This document shows positions 45,591 to 59,221 of a DNA stretch of 64,000 bases, one piece after another (position 1 is the stretch's first letter; every line of letters begins with the position of its first letter). A program made the position numbers and the translations under genes. This stretch comes from Flaccisagitta enflata (lineage: Eukaryota): contig OZ231126.1 of assembly GCA_965153355.1 (NCBI GenBank), positions 248,001 to 312,000 on the forward strand. Reading direction: 5' to 3'. The notes below the pieces were generated by a model, which had not been told where the DNA came from, searched no databases, and saw only the letters and a program-made list of their open reading frames with translations.

Positions 45591-48500
45591 TATCATGAGG
45601 ATAAAAGAATAACGTTGTAAATAAACTGAGCAAGCTGGTCCTCACTTCAGATTGAAGTGCCAAGACTTATTCAAGCATTTTTTAAATAAAACAAGTCAAT
45701 AAGGAGAAAAATGGAAATTTTTCACCACATGAAACGAATCACAAGCAATGCACAATTATACAATAAATAAATTAATCAGTTCAACTAAAATGGTTAAAAT
45801 TGCACAGAACTTGGTGTGATGTATCTATACTCGACTTGAACAAAGAATCCCTTAATTTCATTCATGAGTCAAAACAGCTTGACAGTTAATCAATTATTCT
45901 TGTTTGTCCCAGTCCAATGCCCTGCTGATCATTAAAATGCCATGATCAAATCATATCACTGTAAAAAATGGTTTTAAAATCAAATATTTTTTTCAAAAAA
46001 TCAACTTGATTTTTATTAAAGAGGGTTTTCAAAACTTTTCAAAATTTAAAGCATGAGAGAAAGTTGAAATTATTTGACACACCTTATTAGGCTCTAACAC
46101 AGTTTATTTTAAATTGTATTCGGTTTTAAATTAAATGAAATGTAAAATATAGCTTTTTCTAGTGCTGCTGGATTTGTAGAACTAAATGAATTTCATGGAA
46201 ATAAAAAAACGATGCTCTGAATTTTCTTTTAAAAAAATTATATCAAGTTTCAAATCTAAGATGATGAGAGTAAGAAAGGAAAAAAAATATATTCATGGGA
46301 GTTGGACAATTTAAAGGGCGATGATTGGCTATGAAAAAATTTAATACATAAACTAGATTTGCTGGAAAAAAGCTGAGAACAAATGTTTTTCTTTGCATAT
46401 ATGACAATTGAGATTCTCTTAGACCTCCAGTTTTTATAAAATTTTGCTTATCTAGTATTTTTAATACTAAATCAATAAAGTATATCAAAGTTTAAGTCTG
46501 ATCGCTTATGTTACTATTAAAGTGTATATGTTTTTTTAATGAAGTATGGAATATGATATTACAAAATTCACAGAGTAAATATGATGCGTTAAAAACTTTC
46601 AAGCCTTTCTGAAGGAAAATGCGAAATTGTTCCATTGAAAAGCACTGAGTCATACAGCACACAAGCTTAGAACGAACTGATTCACATCAAATTTCTTTCA
46701 AGGGAGTGAAATAATCATTTTAAAAACCTCACAAACGAAAAGAAAAATTTCACTAGCGTGATAACAACTTCTCATTGTTCATAAGAAATGATCACGAATT
46801 ATTACGGATGAAGGTCTTATTGTTTACATAACTTCCGTGCAATTGATTTGGTTAAGCACACAATATCACTGTCAGAGTTAATCACAATCTTTTCTCCAAC
46901 CTCTTAAAAATAGACTCCATAGCATATCTCATACTCTTTATTATTCTACTATATCTCATATCAGAGTTCAAAAAAATAAACATGCAAATCAGCTGCATAA
47001 ATCAGCGATACAATATCATTGTCCCTGTTCTCTTTTACATAATGAAAAAAAAACCTAAAATGCAACAAATGATCAAGATAGTAAAAGAGCCATAGGTGAC
47101 AACACAATGAAGCAAGATTAAGAAAAAACTTAATATATATATATATATATATCTATCTGCAAATAATTTCCTCTTACAATATGTATATAGTTCTTTCAGT
47201 ATAATATTATCCAATGAGTGAAAGAGACGCTGGGAGAAAATCTATTGTGGGACTTTGTCAAGAATTTTCTCCAACAATATGATCATCAATTGAAGCGAAG
47301 CAGGACACAAATGTTATATCAATTAGCAAATTGCGGTATACAATCAGATCCGTTGAAAGCAAAAAATGAAAACTGCAGTCGCACCAAATGAATTGAGAGG
47401 AAAGGAGAAAAATAGCGATGGACCTTTGGTTTTTAAGCTTCCAAACTGGATTAAGAAATTTTCAGTGATTCTATTGATATATCTGGACCATGTTGGTAGC
47501 AATCATTTTGGCCAACAAGAACAATATATAATATTTGGTACAGACATTCTATGGGGAAGAATGAACAATTTTCTCATAGCATGTATGTATCAAATACTAT
47601 TCATTTATCAACTTTCCAATAATAGTATGTTTGTGCCGGATATAACTGAATTAGAAGTTGCTCTAGACCAAGATGGTTGCTATTGAGTATCATGATCATA
47701 CTCATTTAGTTTAAAGTTCTCCATTTGTTGCAAACAAGATATTGAAGATATATCTTACTAACAAGTTATATAAATGGAATCCTGGGGTTTGAAAACTTTT
47801 GCATCAATAGCACTGCATCAATACTACTGCATCAAAGGACCATTTATTCTTTTTTGGCAATACTGAATGGAGCCCCAAGAAAAGGCTGGTATAGGCAGGA
47901 TGAAGAAAGTAAACATTGTCGCGTAAAGAAGAGAAACAACCTAGTGAAATAATTGGTAATTTTTTTGTAGTTATAGCCAAAGACAACTCGCGTGTCAATT
48001 GTGTGTAATGTTTTTCAAAGCTACATGACTTAGATATATATATATTTATAGATATCATAGATATTGAGAAGAAACAATAAAAATTTTCGTAGTAAAATGC
48101 AGTTTTGTTGTAAAAATTCCAAAAAGCTTCTTCTTACTTTGAATCATTTAGAAAAAAAGATTAATTTTTTTCATTTCTGTGATGACGCTAGTAAAGTATC
48201 ATAACTATGAGCATATCTCCCCAGGTTGATGCAACCTTCCATCTAATCTTAAAGGTCTAGGTCATCACAGAAATATATCATAATATCCTTTTGGCAATTT
48301 AGTGGAATGATGTATCAAATCTCTTAAGGACATTTACATAATCTATCTCTTGAGGACATATGCATGATTTTTTTTCTTAAAAGGAATTTAATTTGTGATC
48401 TAGATTTCAGTTGAGTAGTGCCACAGAAGAGGAATAGAAAGAGAGAGAGAAAGAGGGAGAGAAAGAGAAAGAGACTGAGAAAGAGCAAAATGGTGAAAAT

Positions 48501-49431
48501 ACTTTAAGCAACTACAAAAGAGTAAGAAATTGACACACAAATTTTTCTTTGTAATCAAAGACTTGGGTGAAGACTGGTCATAAACCGCCTAAGAAAAGCG
48601 GTCACATGTATTTTTCTCAAAATCATGTATATCATATATGCAACAATTTTGAACAATTTTGAAAAAAAAAACAAAAAAAGAATTAAACATAATTAGCACT
48701 TTTTTAAAGGTTTCCTAAAGCTGGAATTTGACCTTTGTGTATTTTCTAAAGTGAATTCTTCACTTGAATTCCCGAAATGTTAGCAAATGGTAGTCCTAAA
48801 AAGCCAAATGAAAGATAACCAGGAAGGTTAACCTTCAAAGTGTGTTCAAAAGAGTCTCTCAGTTTTTTTTTCCCATGAATGGAAATCAAATCAGTGACTA
48901 TAAAAAGTTCTAAAATAATAATGATAATAATAATAAAAAAAAAAATCTGAATGAACTGTTAAAAACCAGTAATTAAAGGTGGACCCATCAGACGGTGAGA
49001 GATTGAGCACCACTCTGAATATATATAAAAGTTGCGCATATTGAAAAAAAAAATTTCCATGTTACTAAATGTATGTCCGTGTACGCAAGTATCAGCCCAA
49101 ATGTACCTAGATCAACTAGCCCATGTGTTCGTGTCAAATAGGCTAAGTACACGAATCAACAAGGCTGTGTACAGGCGTCTAGTTGGATCATATCAAAGAA
49201 TCGAAGATCTTTTTTTAAAAGCTTATCTAGCTACAATTGGGATAAGGTTGGGATGATGGGGGAATTTTTAGCTACTTTGCACAATAAATAAAAGTGATGA
49301 AGCAGAATAAGTCCAGTGATTGTTGAAAATATTTGTTTTTGTAGCTGTTAATATTGTTGTCATTTTGATCATAGGTGGATTGCTACCAATTCCCACTAAA
49401 TCAACAAAATCCCATTCTACCCCCTTCTCTT

Positions 49432-49509
<78 letters not shown>

Positions 49510-49540
49510 TATCAGATCTTTAATTGTCCATATCATTGTA

Positions 49541-49580
49541 TCACATCGTTTTTGTCATGGTCGTTTTTGTCGTCGTTGAT

Positions 49581-49615
<35 letters not shown>

Positions 49616-49858
49616 CGTCATCCTTATCGTGTCATCTTCTTCATCTTGAGAAGCCCACAAAGTCAGAGCATCTTTGCATTCTGAGAGTCTTTTGGCCCAC
49701 TTCCGTCTCGCGTCGACGAGGTGTTTGTCCAGAACCTCCAACGACGCCAAACCGCTTCCGCTTCCGCTTCCGCTACCATCACCGCTTCCGGACGCGGACG
49801 CGGATGCGGACGCGGACGCGGATGCGGACGCGGATGCGACGACAAATCCGATTCCTAG
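49541..49858 (-). other. Candidate stop-codon readthrough extension of KIF1A (105 codons)
   Basis: Stop context TGA-CTAG; the frame stays open to the next TGA at 49543-49541. Confidence 0.55.
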
Positions 49859-50220
49859 TCACGCCGTTGACGAGACGCCTAAACTTGGCGGTGGCGGCGA
49901 AATTGGCGCCGCCGTCATCGTCGACGTCATTCCGGCGACTGCGCTACTACTTCCGGTGGTGTGCCCCCCCGACGGCGTGTTGGACGATGATGGCGTCGTG
50001 GCGGCGGAAGTCGGCGCCGATTTGGTCTTCTTGTTCAATTTTGATCTGATGGTTCCGGCTAGCAAAGGGTTGATGGCGTAGAGCCAATCGTGGATTTCTT
50101 TTTCTCCGAGAGTCTGCAGCAGAAAGCCGCGAGTTTTGGTGCAGATGCTGAAAGTGTTGGCTCCGCGAATGCCGCGCTCTTCGTTGTACTCGATTTGAGC
50201 GGAGGAAAGGTTGATGATGC
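49859..50220 (-). CDS. KIF1A: KIF1A/unc-104 terminal exon (PH domain C-half)
   Basis: [47 protein letters not shown]; stop TGA at 49861-49859. Confidence 0.93.
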
Positions 50221-50433
50221 CTGATGAGTTTGAAGGGAGGGGGGGGGGAGAGAGAGGACATGTGAGTTTGATTGATTCATTCAATTCATAAATGCTCATT
50301 ATATGTTCTCAACAGTAAATCAATAAATCAACAAACCTATCAATCAATCCATCCTAATGAACTGTACAGTGGACAATTGAACTGAGTATGAATGGGAAGC
50401 TGGGGTCAAGAAACCTCATAAAGAATGAGAGGA

Positions 50434-50520
<87 letters not shown>

Positions 50521-50636
50521 GTCAGAGAGACAGAAAGACAAACACAGATGAAAAAAAAATGAAAATACACACAAAGAGATCTTTCTCGTTATTACAAAGG
50601 CACAAATAGGGCAATAAACGACTCAGTTTAACGAAC

Positions 50637-50932
50637 CTCGTTCTAAAGGATCTTTCTCGTTGTTGTAAAGGAACAAATAGGGTCTCCGTACGACGACCCA
50701 TCTCTTGACCCAACCGTTGGTCGACTCGTCAAGGAAGTGCAGGAATCCTTTGCGCGAAATGGCCGGCGAGACGCGGATCTCCTCCGCATCCGGCACGTAC
50801 AGCAACATCATCGCGGGATCGTCGTGATTGTGATGATGATGATGATTGTTGTGATGGTGATTGTGATGATGGTTACCGGAAGTCGCCGATGACGTCATCA
50901 TTCCGCCTCCAGCATTTCCCAGATTCCTCGAC
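50637..50932 (-). CDS. KIF1A: KIF1A/unc-104 exon (PH domain N-half)
   Basis: [54 protein letters not shown]; phase 2-1. Confidence 0.93.
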
Positions 50933-51736
50933 CTGTAAGCAAGTTGGCATTGCAATTTAAACAAGGTCATTAGACCTAAGTCGCGTGCGTCGGCACTTTC
51001 AAAAAAATTCAGGCAGACAGACAGACAAAATTTTTTTTTTAAAAAAGACGTTTCAAATAGTTGTTTACACCTCCAAATTTCTTCTCTGCCATTCAGAGAC
51101 TTCAAAAAAGCGATAAGAAACCTTTAAAACGACTTTGTGACGGACCGACGGACCGACGGACCGACGGATGGACCGAAAAGTGGCTTATAGAGTCGCGTAG
51201 CACGCGACTAAAAATGTGCGCCCCATGAGAAAATGCTTCTTTTCAGATGCGTCATCGCATCTCTATAAGATGGTCTGTCCGTCTGTCCGTGGGTCCGTCC
51301 GTTGGTCCGTCCGTTGGTCCGTCGGTCCGTCCATCCGTCAGTCTGTCCGTTATGCCTCTTCTGATATCACATAGATGATGCATCGAGTTGCCCGCCTGGG
51401 CTTGTTTTGAAGAGACAACAATTAAAAAAGAGAATACTTGAGAACAAATGATGCAGGGTTACAACCTTACAATATCATCGCGGACAAGTGGGCATGGCTA
51501 TTTCACCCCCATCCACAGCCCAACCCAATCCCCAACACACAGACGGACGCAACGGGCGGACGGACAAAGCCTTTTATAGAGTTGCTTGTCCGCAACTAAA
51601 AACAACTAAAAACTGAATTTTTCACAAACGGTGACTGAGAATGTCAAAACTGAAAAAAAAAAAGATCCATTTCGCCGATGTGATTCTCTGCCGGATTCCC
51701 CCCCCCCACCCTTGCCCCCCCCCCCCGACTGCAGAC

Positions 51737-52183
51737 CTTCGGTTGATGCTTCCTCCGTGCTGATGATGATGAGAATGATGCTGATGTTGTTGTTGTCCCG
51801 CAGTCGCGGTTGCTGTAGCATCATCTGGCGTGGAGGCGGGACTGGCTCCCGCCGAAGTTCCGCCGCTGGAACTGCTCTTCATCGGCGAAGGACATGAAGT
51901 GATCTCGGGATGCAACGGCCTGTCCGGAGTCGCTGGTCGAGATCCTCCACCGACGGCGGAAGTGGGGCCTCCAACGACTCCTCCTCCTCCTCCTCCGATG
52001 TCGGATTCGACGCTGTCGCCGTCGGAATACATGGAGGACTGCATGACGAGCGGGTTGATCTCGGTTAAAGGAGTTGGCGGGTCCTTGGAAGGGATGCGGC
52101 TCGTCATCAGACGAACGCATTTGGCCAGCAGATCTTTGGCGCGCTCTTCAGCCGTCTTTGTAGACTCGGAATCGTTGGCTTGA
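51737..52183 (-). CDS. KIF1A: KIF1A/unc-104 exon (low-complexity linker)
   Basis: Acceptor taaacag|; ERAKDLLAKCVRLM..TSCPSP; phase 2-2. The donor position is less certain. Confidence 0.8.
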
Positions 52184-53270
52184 CTGTTTAAGGAAGAATG
52201 GAGATGAACGACTGAATGAATGAATGAATGAATGAATAAATGAATGAATGAACGAATGAATGAATGAATGAATGAATGAATGAAAGAAAATTCTAAATTC
52301 TAAATGAATAGCATCATCAGTGGCAGAAGAAAAGTTGCTGGCTTGATTGTGGGGAAATGAAGGGGGGGGGCGCAGAAGGATGAGTGAATGAATGAATTAT
52401 TGAATGAAAAGATGGATAGATAAATGAACGAGTGAATAAATGAATAAATGAATGAATGAATGGACTGTTCTTATCACTAGTTGCGAATGGGAAGTAAGAG
52501 AGAGCAGAGAGAGAGAGAGAAAGACAGACAGAGAAACAGAGAGCAAACAGAGAGACAGAGAAAAGAACTAATGAAGAAGAGATGAATTGGACAAATGAAT
52601 ATGCAAATAAGAAAAGAGGGCAAGTCAGTCTCTAACCCTCATACGTCATAGTGTACAGGAACAGGAAATTTTGGTTTCATTTTACTTTTTGCTTGTGATA
52701 TATATCTACAATCAGAAAATATCATTAGGATTTCAGTTAAGTGTTTTTGAATTTGATATAATGTATAGGGTGTATAATGTTTTCAAACCCAGAATACTGA
52801 TTATGGTTTCATAACAATCAGAAGTTAAAATTAAATGTTTGAATTCCTTGGAAAAATGGTGAACAGAATTTCAAAACCTTGTTGGGTGAAATTATATCAC
52901 AGCCTCAGTAAAGAAAATTTTGCATTTCTAAGAACATGGCTCTTTTCTTATATGTTTTTAAAAAGAGGCCATGTTTTTAGAAATGCAAATTTCTTTATTT
53001 CTATGCAATGATATAATTTCACCTAACAAAAGTGAGATGACAAAGTATAATTTTCTATAAAAAAATTCTTCTTTTTTCTATCTTTTTTTCAGTACAATAT
53101 GTACATCAAATCTGTATTTCAGCGATTATCTATGCAAAAATCTATAGTTCAACACTTAAAACATGTTTTTTTTTTTCAGAAAGAAAAATATGCAGAAAAT
53201 TGATATAAAAAATATCTTAAAAAATTGTAATGACCCATGAAATTTCTTCTTTCCATACACTGCGTCATAC

Positions 53271-53529
53271 CTAGATGATGCCAGTGAATTGGAATTATTT
53301 TTGGCGTTGAGATTTATGACTTCCTTTTGCAGTTTAGACAATTCTTTGGATCCCAGAACACCTCCGATGCCGCCTCCCAAACCGCCCGTCGACGACCCAG
53401 TTGTCGACTCCTTCAACTTGTCCCTCAGCAGCAGATGATGCCGCGTCTTCTCCACATCCTCGACCCGTTGCAGCTTCTCCAATTCCCATTGATGCTCGAA
53501 GATGAGCGAATCGGATCGCGGACGCCATC
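53271..53529 (-). CDS. KIF1A: KIF1A/unc-104 exon
   Basis: [34 protein letters not shown]; phase 1-2. Confidence 0.92.
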
Positions 53530-54261
53530 CTATCGAAGAAGATTAATTCAAACATCCAATCACACAGCAAGGTGTGGAGTCGCATGACCAAAAAGGGAGT
53601 TGAATATCAATGAACAAAAAAAAAAGTGGAAAATATGGTAAAAAAAATGAAGAAAAAAAATGTGATGGACATCAATTCTAACATCTAAAACCTCATTTGC
53701 ATAATGCGGTATTACAATTCCTATTCATTGAATAGCAAAAAATTGGGATACAGCCAACTTTAACTTGATTTGGAACAAATAAGTTTTATCACATCAAACA
53801 GTTGAGAAAAAGGTACCTTTTTTGCAAATATCAAATTAAACAACAGTTGTGAATCTTATCATTTGCTCACTAAAGTTCTTCATCAGTTCATGTACAGTAA
53901 ATATCAGCAGGAAATTTCAGAACAAATGGACGACGAGATTGCAAAGAAATAACACAGTGGTTTCAAACTCACTGCCGTTTTGTGGCACAAAATAGCGCGC
54001 AGCTGTGGGGCGGGTTAGTTGACCTGGGCGAATGCCTGTGACACAATCCCTAATTGATAAACGGCATGCTTTTTTCTTGTCTGGGCTTCAAATTGAAGTG
54101 ATAAATTTTCCAACCGACTGTATGCAAATAAGTCATTGATCATCTGTAACTAGATTATGAGGCGCCGCGCTATTCAATTGATAAGAAAATTGGCAAAGGA
54201 AAGTTAAACAAAAAAAAAGACAGTTTTCATATCCACCATTGTCACTCCCCCTCTCTCTTAC

Positions 54262-54894
54262 CTTGTAGATTCTCTTCTCCTCTGACATAAGCTGACGACG
54301 TGTCCAGCACCCTTCGTTGCCGACGTTGCACTCCGGGGCTGCCACTGCCATCCGCCATCCTTTTGAGACTCAATTCGTAAATTCCGGTGGCACGATGCGC
54401 GTTGCCGCCCTTTCCGCCGGGACCAGAACACACGAATAAATTCTTAAAGTTTCTCGGCGAAGTGATGCGTGAATCACGGCTAAACACGGCCATGCAAATG
54501 TCTTTGGTAACGCAAACCGGACGCACGCAGTTTTCCAACTCTAAATAAGCGGAAATGGTCATGTAAATCTGCTTTCCGTTGGGAGTGACGCGATTGAGCA
54601 GCGCCGAATTGTGTAAAGATGAATCCCACGAAGCTTGGAAGTGGAAAAACGATCGTTCGTCGTTGGTGTTTTCCGCCGTGTACGAAGCCGGTAATAACGA
54701 AAGGGATAACACGGGCGGTTCTAACGGAGGCTGACCACCGCCGTTTTCGTTGTTGGTGGATGTGTTGATGTCGTCGTCGTTGGCTTGAGGAGTGGTTCGA
54801 AGTCGACCGACGACGAGCTCCTTGACGTCCTTGAAGCGGAGATCGGGGATGTCGGACTCGTGCACGATCGTGATGGAGATGCGACGTTGGAGAC
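54262..54894 (-). CDS. KIF1A: KIF1A/unc-104 exon
   Basis: [81 protein letters not shown]; phase 1-1. Confidence 0.95.
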
Positions 54895-54952
54895 CTGCGG
54901 AGAAGACGTTGGAATGGAGAACAATTGGTCATAAAAAAGACGGATAACATTT

Positions 54953-54989
<37 letters not shown>

Positions 54990-55054
54990 CACACTGGGCC
55001 GGAACAACCATGTGCGGGGCCCTAGGCACTTCAGGTAGCGGGGCCCCCCCACTA

Positions 55055-55643
55055 CAGTATGATTTTTTTGGAATGCAACATAAGAAACCTATATATCTCC
55101 ACCCCTGAGCTTTGTAGCAAGATGCGGATTGCACCATTGGAAAGAGCACGAAAAACTTTTTTTCTCTGTTTATTTGTGACATCATGATGCATCATGGCAT
55201 ATGTTTACCACAATGCCAGTAAAAACATTGACATCTCCGACACCAAGAAATTGGCTGTCTGATTCTCCCTCCAAAAAGAATGCAGAGGTTTAGTTGATCA
55301 AACAATTAGTAATTAAGGGGCTTCCGTGTGATTTTCTGGACAGACTTTAGAAAATATTTATGTCATGATTCAGTTGGCCTCATGATCACCGATTATTTGA
55401 TCAACTCATCTTCCTAATCTTTTTTAGAAAGAGAATCAGACAGCTAATTTCAAGATTTTAAAGATATCAATGTTTTTACTGGCACAGTGGTAGAGCTACG
55501 TCATATTACATCATGATTTCAGAAATAACATAGAAAAAACAGTTTTTCGTGCTCTTTCCAATGGTGCAATCTGCATCTTGCTACAATGCTCAGGAGCGGA
55601 GATACATAGGTTTCTTATGTTGCATTCCAAAAAAATCATACTG
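55055..55643. mobile_element. Tc1/pogo-type MITE
   Basis: Long TIRs CAGTATGATTTTTTTGGAATGCAAC.. / ..GTTGCATTCCAAAAAAATCATACTG; TA TSD. Confidence 0.85.
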
Positions 55644-56375
55644 TAGATGCAACAATCCCTAACATGCTGCCGTGTTGAAGATTCAAACTTTGAACTTTGA
55701 ACTATGAACTTTGAACTTTTTTGTAATGCTTTATGTAAATAAGATAAAGCCATAGCTGTTTGATCAAGAATTCAAATTTTCAATGCAAAGGCATTTTCAC
55801 TTTTGATCCTGTTCAAACCCAGTATAAAAGCACAACTTGACCATTGCACAAGCAAATGGTCAAGAGTAATAAAAAACCACTTAGAAAATTCTTTTTATGT
55901 AGGGTTCAGTGTTGTAGAGCTTAACCTGAAACTCCAACGATTAAGACAGCCATGTTATTAAGAATCCATTAAATGGATATCATGGACCATCTCAATCAAC
56001 AGAGCTCAAGCATAAGCTTAAGTACTTTGAAATTTAAGGCTTTTTTGTAAAAGAATAAAGCTGAAGCTCATTCATTAGCATAAACAAAATCAATGCAAAA
56101 GCATTAAAAAAAAAAACCGTTGCACAAGGAAATGGCATGAACAAGCAACTTTTGATCCTGTCCAAGCTGAGTACAAAAGCACAACTAATTTGACCATTGC
56201 ACAAGCAAACGGTCCAGAGGAATAAAAAGCCACTTTGAAAACATTCTTTTATTCAAGGTTCAGTGCTGTAGAGCTAAACCTGAAACTCCGATGATTAAAG
56301 CAGCCATATTACTAAGAATCCATTGAATGGATATCATAGACCATCCCAATCAAAAGAGCTTAAGCATAAGCTTAA

Positions 56376-59221
56376 GGTAGGTATAAGGCCTAATTTTTCC
56401 AAATTCATGTCAGTGACCATTCATGGCTCTTTTTCACCCGAAAGTGTCTCTGGGGTGGGGTTTTTGAAGGTTTCAGACATTTTTGGCCCAAAAAAATAAA
56501 ATTGACCATGTTGAATTCATGAATTTTTAAGGGGAGAAATTAGCGAGATTTTTGGCACCTTTGTTTTATGCAGTTGGTCCCTTGAAATACTTACAAAAAT
56601 GGTTAAAAATGCTTAAAAAGTGCCAAGAACCTACCACGCATGTTGTATGTACTTATGAAAACAACAAAAAGCCGCGAGTCTACAGACAGAATCGCGAGTC
56701 TACAGACGGAATCGCGAGTCTACAGATGGAATCGCGAGTCTATGCACGGAATCCCGAATCTATGCACGGAATCGCAAGTCTACAGACGGAATCGCAAGTC
56801 TACAGACGGAACACGAGTCTACAGACGGAACGCGATTCTGCAGACAGACAAGCCTACAGACAGAATTGCGAGTCTACAGACGGAATCGCGAGTCTACAGA
56901 CGGAATCGCGAGTCTACAGACGGAATGGCGAGTCTACCAACGGAATGACGAATTTACAGACGGAATAGCGAGTCTACAGACGGAATGGCAAGTCTACAGA
57001 CGGAATGACGAATCTACAGACGGTATGGCGAGTCTACAGACAGAATGGCGAGTCTACAGACGGAATGGCGAGCCTACAGACGGAATGACAAATCTACAGA
57101 CAGAATCGCGAGTCTACAGACGGAATAGCGAGTCTACAGACGGAATCGCAAGTCTACAGACGGAATCGCGAGTCTACAGACGGAATGGCGAGTCTACAGA
57201 CGGAATGGCGAGTCTACAGACGGAATGGCGAGTCTACAGACGGAATGGCGAGTCTACAGACGGAATCGCGAGTCCACAGACGTAATCGCGAGTCTACAGA
57301 CGGAATTGCGAGTCTACAGACGTAATCGCGAGTCTACAGACATAATCGCGAGTCTACAGACATAATCGCGAGTCTACAGACGTAATCGCGAGTCTACAGA
57401 CGTAATCGCGAGTCTACAGACGTAATCGCGAGTCTACAGACGTAATCGCGAGTCTACAGACGGAATCGCGAGTCTACAGACGGAATCGCGAGTCTACAGA
57501 CGGAATCGCGAGTCTACAGACGGAATCGCGAGTCTACAGACGGAATCGCGAGTCTACAGACGGAATCGCGAGTCTACAGACGGAATCGCGAGTCTACAGA
57601 CGGAATCGCGAGTTTACAGACGGAATCGCGAGTCTACAGACGGAATCGCGAGTCTACAGACGGAATCGCGAGTCTACAGACGGAATCGCGAGTCTACAGA
57701 CGGAATCGCGAGTCTACAGACGGAATCGCGAGTCTACAGACGGAATCGCGAGTCTACAGGCGGAATCGCGAGTCTACAGACGGAATCGCGAGTCTACAGA
57801 CGGAATCGCGAGTCTACAGACGGAATCGCGAGTCTACAGATGGAATCGCGAGTCTACAGACGGAATCGCGAGTCTACAGACGGAATCGCGAGTCTACAGA
57901 CGGAATCGCGAGTCTACAGACGGAATCGCGAGTCTACAGACGGAATCGCGAGTCTACAGACGGAATCGCGAGTCTACAGATGGAATCGCGAGTCTACAGA
58001 CGGAATCGCGAGTCTACAGACGGAATCGCGAGTCTACAGACGGAATCGCGAGTCTACAGACGGAACCGCACAGTTGATTATTTCATTCATGTTAAGTGAA
58101 GTAGCTTATGCGGTTAACCAAACAACGCGAAAGAAAACTACGGAAAATCGAGCAGATAGAGTCTTCTTAATATCATTCGTGAGGCCGCGTGGGGCTGATC
58201 TCAAGTTTCGGAAAGGTCTCATTTGAAAGAAAAAACAAAACTGCATCTATTGAGCCCATATGCATCAAAGTTCATATTCGCATATTGCCGTAACAAGTTA
58301 GGAAAGCAAGAAAAGAGGAAAAACAATATCTTGTTCTCATAGTTGGCTTTCAAAACTTACACCAATCGATAGCTCGTGTCGTCAGCATTCAGAATCATAC
58401 TTTCCTTGGTTCATATAAACATTTTTAACCGTTTTTGGAGTTTTGCAAGGGAAGATCCAAAATGGTTCCATTCCGTTTTTGGGCAGCGGCCCCGGAGGGG
58501 CCGATGACCTATGATTCCACATAGGGCAATTTTCTCCGGTTTCCGTGTGTCCGTCTGTCTGTCCGTCCCCCCCCCCCGAAACCTCAAACCAGGCTTCTCA
58601 GGCCTAAAATCAAGCCTCTCAGACCCAAAATCAGGGCTCTCAGACCCAAAATCAGGCTTTCCAGGCCTCAAATTAAGCCTCTCAGACCTCAAATTAGACC
58701 TTTGAGACCCTAGATTGGACCTCTCAGACCACAAATTAAGCCTCTCAGATCCAAAATCAAGCCTCAGATCCAAAATGAAGCCTCTCAAACCTCGATGTAG
58801 GCCTTTCAGACCCCCAGTCAAGCCTCTCAGACCCCAAATCTGGCCTCTCCAGCCAAAAAGCAGACCTCATATTCCCTAAATCAGACCTCCAAGACCCATA
58901 ATCAGACATCTTAGCCCCCAAAATCAGCTTCTCAAACCTTCATTTGTTCATGTCCCCTCCACCCAAGCACAATTCACTCTTCTCAGCTCTGGCCTCAAAT
59001 GAGGCCCATTGGTCAACAAACAGAAAATGAAAACTGGAGAAAATTGCCCTATGTGGAATCATAGGTCATCGGCCCCTCCGGGGCCGCTGCCCCTCTCAAC
59101 GTCTCATCCTTACATACACCAACATAGGGGCATCGGGTACCGCTGACCATGTAACGCTTTTGCGACTATTCTGCTCTCTAGCGACATTTTTGCGACTCGA
59201 AGAATTAGGGCCTTTACCTAC
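56376..59221. mobile_element. TTAA-target non-autonomous element (Kolobok-like ends) carrying a 20-bp satellite
   Basis: TTAA at 56372-75 and 59222-25; imperfect TIRs GGTAGGTATAAGGCCTAATT / AATTAGGGCCTTTACCTAC. Joined flanks match the uninterrupted duplicate at ~56000-56125. Confidence 0.75.
56673..58065. repeat. 20-bp tandem satellite CGGAATCGCGAGTCTACAGA, about 69 units
   Basis: Head-to-tail units with no spacers; more diverged on the left, near-homogeneous on the right. Confidence 0.97.

Noticed and set aside
47366-47686. 106-aa + strand ORF
   Set aside because: AT-rich with no motif; more likely a chance ORF antisense to the putative KIF1A 3' UTR.
49375-50081. + strand ORFs overlapping the KIF1A 3' end
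   Set aside because: Antisense shadows of GC-rich coding and low-complexity sequence.
56673-58065. CRISPR-like regular array, and ORFs 56552-58226
   Set aside because: Units are head-to-tail 20-mers with no unique spacers, there are no cas genes, and the context is eukaryotic. The ORFs are repeat translations.
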